NCBI GenBank assembly: GCA_002189035.1
Contig: NEEC01000232.1
Span: 1 to 50,756, forward strand
Origin: Utricularia gibba
Taxonomy: Eukaryota; Plantae; Magnoliophyta
DNA length: 50,756 bases
Direction: 5' to 3'
Shown here: positions 1-8,818 of the stretch, one piece after another
Layout: every line of letters starts with the position of its first letter
Position numbering within the stretch: position 1 is the first letter of the stretch
Made by a program: the position numbers and the translations under genes
The notes under the pieces: generated by a model
Databases searched by the model: none
The model's input: the letters and a program-made list of their open reading frames with translations, nothing else
What the model was told of the DNA's origin: nothing

Positions 1-181
1 GAGTCGAGCTCGGGCCCAGAGTCATTTGTAGCCGGCAAAAAATTGATGCATTTATTAACGTTCGGCTTATTAGGCTGCCTACATAGTTTCTCAAGGAAAA
101 GCTTGTCGTTTCTGGGCGGGTGATGTCGTTGGGAACTTCGTTCTGACCCAAGGTTCGGTCTGACTCCTTTGCCAATCGGGT

Positions 182-492
182 CCTACTCGACGAAAATCGT
201 GATGCAGTTATTGAAGTTAGGATTCATGAGCACCCAAAATGGTTTTCTCACCGCATGCTTTATATTTGAGGAGGCGCTCTCGTGGGGCAACGGTATCGAG
301 CAGGAGGTCGAGTCGAGCTCGGGCCCATAGTCATTTTAGCTCGGCAAAAAACTTGATGCATTTATTAACGTTGGGTTTTAATAGGCTGCCTACATGTTTT
401 CTCAAGGAAAAGCTTGTCGTTTTGGGCGGGTGATGTCGTTGTGAACTTCGTTCTGACCCAAGGTTCGGTCTGACTCCTTTGCCACATCGGGT
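182..492 (+). repeat. First complete monomer (311 bp, subtype B) as reference unit
   Basis: Runs anchor to anchor (182 to 493). B marks: TTTGAGGAGGCGCT, GGGCCCATAG, CTCGGCAAAAAACTTG, GTCGTTGTGAAC. Confidence 0.95.
200..353 (+). repeat. Alpha subunit (~154 bp) of the internal ancestral dimer
   Basis: Starts TGATGCAGTTATTGAAGTTAGG at 200 and is homologous to the beta subunit starting TGATGCATTTATTAACGTTGGG at 354. Confidence 0.88.
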
Positions 493-510
493 CCTACTCG
501 ACGAAAATCG
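354..510 (+). repeat. Beta subunit (~157 bp) of the internal ancestral dimer
   Basis: Using subtype consensus forms, the first 63 bp align to alpha without gaps at 46/63 identity, including a shared ATGGTTTTCTCAA. The next TGATGCAG begins at 511. Confidence 0.88.
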
Positions 511-3500
511 TGATGCAGTTATTGAAGTTAGGATTCATGAGCACCCAAAATGGTTTTCAACCGCATGCTTTATATTTGATAGGCGCTCTCGTGGGGCAAC
601 GGTATCGAGCAGGAGGTCGAGTCGAGCTCGGGCCCAGAGTCATTTGTAGCCCGGCAAAAAATTGATGCATTTATTAACGTTGGCTTTATTAGGCTGCCTA
701 CATAGTTTCTCAAGGAAAAGCTTGTCGTTTCTGGCGGGTGATGTCGTTGGAACTTCGTTCGACCAAGGTTCGTCTGACTCCTTTGCCACATCGGGTCCTA
801 CTCGACGAAAATCGTGATGCAGTTATTGAAGTTAGGATTCATGAGCACCCAAAATGGTTTTCTCAACCGCATGCTTTATATTTGATAAGGGCTCTCGTGG
901 GGCAACGGTATCGAGCAGGAGGTCGAGTCGAGCTCGGCCCATAGTCATTTGTAGCCGGCAAAAAATTGATGCATTTATTAACGTTGGTTTAAGGCTGCCT
1001 ACATGTTTTCTCAAGGAAAAGCTTGTCGTTTCTGGGCGGGTGATGTCGTTGGAACTTCGTTCTGACCCAAGGTTCGGTCTGACTCCTTTGCCACATCGGG
1101 TCCTACTCGACGAAAATCGTGATGCAGTTATTGAAGTTAGGATTCATGAGCACCCAAAATGTTTTCTCAACCGCATGCTTTATATTTGATAAGGCGCTCT
1201 CGTGGGGCAACGGTATCGAGCAGGAGGTCGAGTCGAGCTCGGAGAGTCATTTGTAGCCCGGCAAAAAATTGATGCATTTATTAACGTTCGGTTTATTAGG
1301 CTGCCTACATGTTTCTCAAGGAAAAGCTTGTCGTTTTGGGCGGGTGATGTCTTTTGGAACTTCGTTCTGACCATAGGTTCGGTCTGACTCCTTTGCCACA
1401 TCGGGTCCTACTCGACGAAAATCGTGATGCAGTTATTGAAGTTAGGATTCATGAGCACCCAAAATGGTTTTCTCAACCGCATGCTTTATATTTGATAAGG
1501 CACTCTCGTGGGGCAACGGTATCGAGTAGGAGGTCGAGTCGAGCTCGGGCCCATAGTCATTTGTAGCTCGGCAAAAAACTTGATGCATTTATTAACGGTT
1601 GGTTTTAATAGGCTGCCTATGGTTTTCTCAAGGAAAAGCTTGTCGTTTTTGGGCGGGTGATGTCGTTGTGAACTTCGTTCTGACCCAAGGTTCGGTCTGT
1701 CTCCTTTGCCAAATCTGGTCCTACTCGACGAAAATCGTGATGCAGTTATTGAAGTTAGGATTTCATGAGCACCCAAATGCTTTTTCAATCGCATGCTTTG
1801 TATTGAGGAGGCGCTCTAGTGGGGCACGGTATCGGGCAAAGGTCGAGTCGGGCTCGCTCCCAGAGTCTTTTTAGCCTGTCAAAAAAATTGATGCATTTAT
1901 TAACGTTGGGTTTTAATAGGCTGCCTACATGGTTTCTCAAGGAAAAGCTTGTCGTTTCTGGGCGGGTGATGTCTTGGAACTTCGTTCTGACCATAGGTTC
2001 GGTCTGACTCCTTTGCCACATCGGGTCCTACTCGACGAAAATCGTGATGCAGTTATTGAAGTTAGGATTCATGAGCACCCAAATGGTTTTCTCAACCGCA
2101 TGCTTTATATTTGATAGGCGCTCTCGTGGGGCAACGGTATCGAGCAGGAGGTCGAGTCGAGCTCGGGCCCAGAGTCATTTGTAGCCCGGCAAAAAATTGA
2201 TGCATTTATTAACGTTGGTTATTAGGCTGCCTACATGTTTTCTCAAGGAAAAGCTTGTCGTTTCTGGGCGGGTGATGTCGTTGGGAACTTCGTTCTGACC
2301 CAAGGTTCGGTCTGACTCCTTTGCCACATCGGGTCCTACTCGACGAAAATCGTGATGCAGTTATTGAAGTTAGGATTCATGAGCACCCAAAATGGTTTTC
2401 TCAACCGCATGCTTTATATTTGATAAGGCGCTCTCGTGGGGCAACGGTATCGAGCAGGAGGTCGAGTCGAGCTCGGGCCCATAGTCATTTGTAGCTCGGC
2501 AAAAAACTTGATGCATTTATTAACGTTGGTTTTTAACTGCCTACATGTTTTTCTCAAGGAAAAGCTTGTCGTTTTTGGGCGGGTGATGTCGTTGTGAACT
2601 TCGTTCTGACCCAAGGTTCGGTCTGACTCCTTTGCCACATCGGGTCCTACTCGACGAAAATCGTGATGCAGTTATTGAAGTTAGGATTCATGAGCACCCA
2701 AAATGGTTTCTCAACCGCATGCTTTATATTTGATAAGGGCTCTCGTGGGCAACGGTATCGAGCAGGAGGTCGAGTCGAGCTCGGGCCCAGAGTCATTTGT
2801 AGCCGGCAAAAATTGATGCATTTATTAACGTTGGTTTTAATAGGCTGCCTACATGGTTTTCTCAAGGAAAAGCTTGTCGTTTTTGGGCGGGTGATGTCGT
2901 TGGAACTTCGTTCTGACCAAGGTTCGGTCTGACTCCTTTGCCAAATCGGTCCTACTCGACGAAAATCGTGATGCAGTTATTGAAGTTAGGATTTCATGAG
3001 CACCCAAAATGGTTTTCTCAACCGCATGCTTTATATTTGATAAGGCGCTCTCGTGGGGCAACGGTATCGAGCAGGAGGTCGAGTCGAGCTCGGGCCCAGA
3101 GTCATTTGTAGCCCGGCAAAAAATTGATGCATTTATTAACGTTGGTTTTAATAGGCTGCCTAATGTTTTCTCAAGGAAAAGCTTGTCGTTTCTGGGCGGG
3201 TGATGTCGTTGGAACTTCGTTCTGACCCAAGGTTCGGTCTGACTCCTTTGCCACATCGGGTCCTACTCGACGAAAATCGTGATGCAGTTATTGAAGTTAG
3301 GATTCATGAGCACCCAAAATGGTTTTCTCAACCGCATGCTTTATATTTGATAAGGCACTCTCGTGGGGCAACGGTATCGAGCAGGAGGTCGAGTCGAGCT
3401 CGGGAGAGTCATTTGTAGCCCGGCAAAAAAATTGATGCATTTATTAACGTTGGTTTTTAGGCTGCCTACATGTTTCTCAAGGAAAAGCTTGTCGTTTCTG

Positions 3501-6500
3501 GGCGGGTGATGTCTTTTGGAACTTCGTTCTGACCATAGGTTCGGTCTGACTCCTTTGCCACATCGGTCCTACTCGACGAAAATCGTGATGCAGTTATTGA
3601 AGTTAGGATTCATGAGCACCCAAAATGGTTTTCTCAACCGCATGCTTTATATTTGATAAGGCTCTCGTGGGGCAACGGTATCGAGTAGGAGGTCGAGTCG
3701 AGCTCGGGCCCAGAGTCATTTGTAGCCCGGCAAAAAATTGATGCATTTATTAACGTTGGTTTATTAGGCTGCCTACATGTTTTCTCAAGGAAAAGCTTGT
3801 CGTTTTGGGCGGGTGATGTCGTTGGGAACTTCGTTCTGACCCAAGGTTCGGTCTGACTCCTTTGCCACATCGGGTCCTACTCGACGAAAATCGTGATGCA
3901 GTTATTGAAGTTAGGATTCATGAGCACCCAAAATGGTTTTCTCAACCGCATGCTTTATATTTGATAAGGCGCTCTCGTGGGGCAACGGTATCGAGCAGGA
4001 GGTCGAGTCGAGCTCGGCCATAGTCATTTGTAGCCGGCAAAAATTGATGCATTTATTAACGTTGGTTTTAATAGGCTGCCTACATGGTTTTCTCAAGGAA
4101 AAGCTTGTCGTTTTTGGGCGGGTGATGTCGTTGTGAACTTCGTTCTGACCCAAGGTTCGGTCTGACTCCTTTGCCAAATCGGTCCTACTCGACGAAAATC
4201 GTGATGCAGTTATTGAAGTTAGGATTTCATGAGCACCCAAAATGTTTTTCAACGCATGCTTTATATTTGAGGAGGCGCTCTCGTGGGGCAACGGTATCGG
4301 CAGGAGGTCGAGTCGAGCTCGCCCAGAGTCATTTGTAGCCGGCAAAAAAATTGATGCATTTATTAACGTTGGTTTAATAGGCTGCCTACATGGTTTTCTC
4401 AAGGAAAAGCTTGTCGTTTCTGGGCGGGTGATGTCTTTTGGAACTTCGTTCTGACCATAGGTTCGGTCTGACTCCTTTGCCACATCGGGTCCTACTCGAC
4501 GAAAATCGTGATGCAGTTATTGAAGTTAGGATTCATGAGCACCCAAAATGGTTTTCTCAACCGCATGCTTTATATTTGATAAGGCACTCTCGTGGGGCAA
4601 CGGTATCGAGCAGGAGGTCGAGTCGAGCTCGGGCCCAGAGTCATTTGTAGCCCGGCAAAAAAAATTGATGCATTATTAACGTTCGGCTTTATTAGGCTGC
4701 CTACATAGTTTCTCAAGGAAAAGCTTGTCGTTTCTGGCGGGTGATGTCGTTGGGAACTTCGTTCTGACCAAGGTTCGTCTGACTCCTTTGCCACATCGGG
4801 TCCTACTCGACGAAAATCGTGATGCAGTTATTGAAGTTAGGATTCATGAGCACCCAAAATGGTTTTCTCAACCGCATGCTTTATATTTGAGGAGGCGCTC
4901 TCGTGGGGCAACGGTATCGAGCAGGAGGTCGAGTCGAGCTCGGCCCATAGTCATTTGTAGCTCGGCAAAAATTGCATTTATTAACGTTGGTTTTAATAGG
5001 CTGCCTACATGGTTTTCTCAAGGAAAAGCTTGTCGTTTTGGGCGGGTGATGTCGTTGTGAACTTCGTTCTGACCAAGGTTCGGTCTGACTCCTTTGCCAA
5101 ATCGGTCCTACTCGACGAAAATCGTGATGCAGTTATTGAAGTTAGGATTTCATGAGCACCCAAAATGGTTTTCTCAACGCATGCTTTATATTTGATAAGG
5201 CGCTCTCGTGGGGCAACGGTATCGAGCAGGAGGTCGAGTCGAGCTCGGGCCCAGAGTCATTTGTAGCCCGGCAAAAAAATTGATGCATTTATTAACGTTG
5301 GTTTTAATAGGCTGCCTACATAGTTTCTCAAGGAAAAGCTTGTCGTTTCTGGCGGGTGATGTCGTTGGGAACTTCGTTCTGACCAAGGTTCGTCTGACTC
5401 CTTTGCCACATCGGGTCCTACTCGACGAAAATCGTGATGCAGTTATTGAAGTTAGGATTCATGAGCACCCAAAATGGTTTTTCTCAACCGCATGCTTTAT
5501 ATTTGATAAGGCACTCTCGTGGGGCAACGGTATCGAGCAGGAGGTCGAGTCGAGCTCGGGAGAGTCATTTGTAGCCCGGCAAAAAAATTGATGCATTTAT
5601 TAACGTTGGCTTTATTAGGCTGCCTACATAGTTTCTCAAGGAAAAGCTTGTCGTTTCTGGGCGGGTGATGTCTTTTGGAACTTCGTTCTGACCAAGGTTC
5701 GGTCTGACTCCTTTGCCACATCGGGTCCTACTCGACGAAAATCGTGATGCAGTTATTGAAGTTAGGATTCATGAGCACCCAAAATGGTTTTCTCAACCGC
5801 ATGCTTTATATTTGATAAGGCCTCTCGTGGGGCAACGGTATCGAGTAGGAGGTCGAGTCGAGCTCGGGCCCAGTCATTTGTAGCTCGGCAAAAAACTTGA
5901 TGCATTTATTAACGGTTGGTTTTAATAGGCTGCCTACATGGTTTTCTCAAGGAAAAGCTTGTCGTTTTTGGGCGGGTGATGTCGTTGTGAACTTCGTTCT
6001 GACCCAAGGTTCGGTCTGTCTCCTTTGCCAAATCTGGTCCTACTCGACGAAAATCGTGATGCAGTTATTGAAGTTAGGATTTCATGAGCACCCAAAATGC
6101 TTTTCTCAACGCATGCTTTATATTGAGGAGGCGCTCTCGTGGGGCACGGTATCGGGCAAAGGTCGAGTCGGGCTCGCTCCAGAGTCATTTTTAGCAAAAA
6201 AATTGATGCATTTATTAACGTTGGGTTTTAATAGGCTGCCTACATGGTTTCTCAAGGAAAAGCTTGTCGTTTCTGGGCGGGTGATGTCTTTTGGAACTTC
6301 GTTCTGACCATAGGTTCGGTCTGACTCCTTTGCCACATCGGGTCCTACTCGACGAAAATCGTGATGCAGTTATTGAAGTTAGGATTCATGAGCACCCAAA
6401 ATGGTTTTCTCAACCGCATGCTTTATATTTGATAAGGCGCTCTCGTGGGGCAACGGTATCGAGTAGGAGGTCGAGTCGAGCTCGGGCCCAGAGTCATTTG

Positions 6501-8192
6501 TAGCCGGCAAAAAATTGATGCATTTATTAACGTTCGGTTTTAGGCTGCCTACATGTTTCTCAAGGAAAAGCTTGTCGTTTTTGGGCGGGTGATGTCGTTG
6601 GAACTTCGTTCTGACCAAGGTTCGTCTGACTCCTTTGCCACATCGGGTCCTACTCGACGAAAATCGTGATGCAGTTATTGAAGTTAGGATTCATGAGCAC
6701 CAAAATGGTTTTCTCAACCGCATGCTTTATATTTGATAAGGCGCTCTCGTGGGGCAACGGTATCGAGCAGGAGGTCGAGTCGAGCTCGGGCCCATAGTCA
6801 TTTGTAGCTCGGCAAAAATTGATGCATTTATTAACGTTGGGTTTTAATAGGCCTACATGTTTTCTCAAGGAAAAGCTTGTCGTTTTTGGGCGGGTGATGT
6901 CGTTGTGAACTTCGTTCTGACCAAGGTTCGGTCTGACTCCTTTGCCACATCGGGTCCTACTCGACGAAAATCGTGATGCAGTTATTGAAGTTAGGATTCA
7001 TGAGCACCCAAAATGGTTTTCTCAACCGCATGCTTTATATTTGATAAGGTGCTCTCGTGGGGCAACGGTATCGAGCAGGAGGTCGAGTCGAGCTCGGGCC
7101 CATAGTCATTTGTAGCTCGGCAAAAAACTTGATGCATTTATTAACGTTGGTTTTAATAGGCTGCCTAAATGGTTTTCTCAAGGAAAAGCTTGTCGTTTTT
7201 GGGCGGGTGATGTCGTTGTGAACTTCGTTCTGACCCAAGGTTCGGTCTGTCTCCTTTGCCAAATCGGTCCTACTCGACGAAAATCGTGATGCAGTTATTG
7301 AAGTTAGGATTTCATGAGCACCCAAAATGGTTTTCTCAACCGCATGCTTTATATTTGATAAGGCGCTCTCGTGGGGCAACGGTATCGAGCAGGAGGTCGA
7401 GTCGAGCTCGGGCCCAGAGTCATTTGTAGCCCGGCAAAAAATTGATGCATTTATTAACGTTGGTTATTAGGCTGCCTACATGTTTCTCAAGGAAAAGCTT
7501 GTCGTTTCTGGGCGGGTGATGTCGTTGGGAACTTCGTTCTGACCCAAGGTTCGGTCTGACTCCTTTGCCACATCGGGTCCTACTCGACGAAAATCGTGAT
7601 GCAGTTATTGAAGTTAGGATTCATGAGCACCCAAAATGGTTTTCTCAACCGCATGCTTTATATTTGATAAGGCGCTCTCGTGGGGCAACGGTATCGAGCA
7701 GGAGGTCGAGTCGAGCTCGGGCCAGAGTCATTTGTAGCCCGGCAAAAAATTGATGCATTTATTAACGTTGGTTTATTAGGCTGCCTACATGTTTCTCAAG
7801 GAAAAGCTTGTCGTTTCTGGGCGGGTGATGTCTTTTGGAACTTCGTTCTGACCAAGGTTCGGTCTGACTCCTTTGCCACATCGGGTCCTACTCGACGAAA
7901 ATCGTGATGCAGTTATTGAAGTTAGGATTCATGAGCACCCAAAATGGTTTTCTCAACCGCATGCTTTATATTTGATAAGGCGCTCTCGTGGGGCAACGGT
8001 ATCGAGGGAGGTCGAGTCGAGCTCGGGCCCAGAGTCATTTGTAGCCGGCAAAAAAATTGATGCATTTATTAACGTTGGGTTTAATAGGCTGCCTACATGT
8101 TTCTCAAGGAAAAGCTTGTCGTTTCTGGGCGGGTGATGTCGTTGGGAACTTCGTTCTGACCAAGGTTCGGTCTGACTCCTTTGCCACCGGGT

Positions 8193-8505
8193 CCTACTCG
8201 ACGAAAATCGTGATGCAGTTATTGAAGTTAGGATTCATGAGCACCCAAAATGGTTTTCTCAACCGCATGCTTTATATTTGATAAGGTGCTCTCGTGGGGC
8301 AACGGTATCGAGTAGGAGGTCGAGTCGAGCTCGGGCCCATAGTCATTTGTAGCTCGGCAAAAAACTTGATGCATTTATTAACGTTGGTTTTAATAGGCTG
8401 CCTCAATGGTTTTCTCAAGGAAAAGCTTGTCGTTTTTGGGCGGGTGATGTCGTTGTGAACTTCGTTCTGACCAAGGTTCGGTCTGTCTCCTTTGCCAAAT
8501 CTGGT
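8193..8505 (+). repeat. Representative subtype C monomer
   Basis: Marks: AAGGTGCTCT, CGAGTAGG, GGGCCCATAG, CTCGGCAAAAAACTTG, GCCTCAATGG, GTCTGTCTCCTTTGCCAAATCTGG. Almost every D monomer is directly preceded by a C or C-like monomer. Confidence 0.85.
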
Positions 8506-8818
8506 CCTACTCGACGAAAATCGTGATGCAGTTATTGAAGTTAGGATTTCATGAGCACCCAAAATGCTTTTGTCAATCGCATGCTTTGTAGTTGAGGAGG
8601 CGCTCTAGTGGGGCAACGGTATCGGGCAAAAGGTCGAGTCGGGCTCGCTCCCAGAGTCATTTTTAGCCCGTCAAAAAAATGATGCATTTATTAACGTTGG
8701 GTTTAATAGGCTGCCTACATGGTTTCTCAAGGAAAAGCTTGTCGTTTCTGGGCGGGTGATGTCTTTTGGAACTTCGTTCTGACCATAGGTTCGGTCTGAC
8801 TCCTTTGCCACATCGGGT
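8506..8818 (+). repeat. Representative subtype D monomer (most divergent class)
   Basis: Marks: AAAATGCTTTTGTCAATCGC, CTTTGTAGTTGAGGAGG, CTCTAGTGGGG, ATCGGGCAAAAGG, GTCGGGCTCGCTCCC, GTCTTTTGGAAC, GACCATAGG. About 41 D or D-like copies were counted in the window. Confidence 0.9.

Noticed and set aside
124-140. CENP-B-box-like TGTCGTTGGGAACTTCG
   Set aside because: It matches the middle of YTTCGTTGGAARCGGGA but only about 4 of the 9 essential positions (TTCG-A-CGGG); the CGGG is absent.
112-149. Functional 5S rDNA array (unit length is similar to plant 5S repeats)
   Set aside because: There is no recognisable complete ~120-nt 5S gene, no 5' half, and no oligo-T terminator placed after one. 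Only a weak 3' resemblance remains, kept as a low-interest finding.
188-202. Hairpin ACGA-AAA-TCGT or terminator-like T-runs
   Set aside because: The stem is only 4 bp, which is expected by chance, and there is no transcription unit to terminate.
213-225. Telomere-like TTAGG in GAAGTTAGGATT and TATTAGGCT
   Set aside because: These are isolated pentamers, never tandem, so not telomeric or interstitial telomeric repeats.
340-440. Identity with grass CentO/CentC (motifs GGCAAAAAACT, CACCCAAAATG, GGGTGATGT)
   Set aside because: The motifs are short and, as I recall those consensuses, not colinear with them. Similar unit length alone is not evidence of homology, and a BLAST search is needed.
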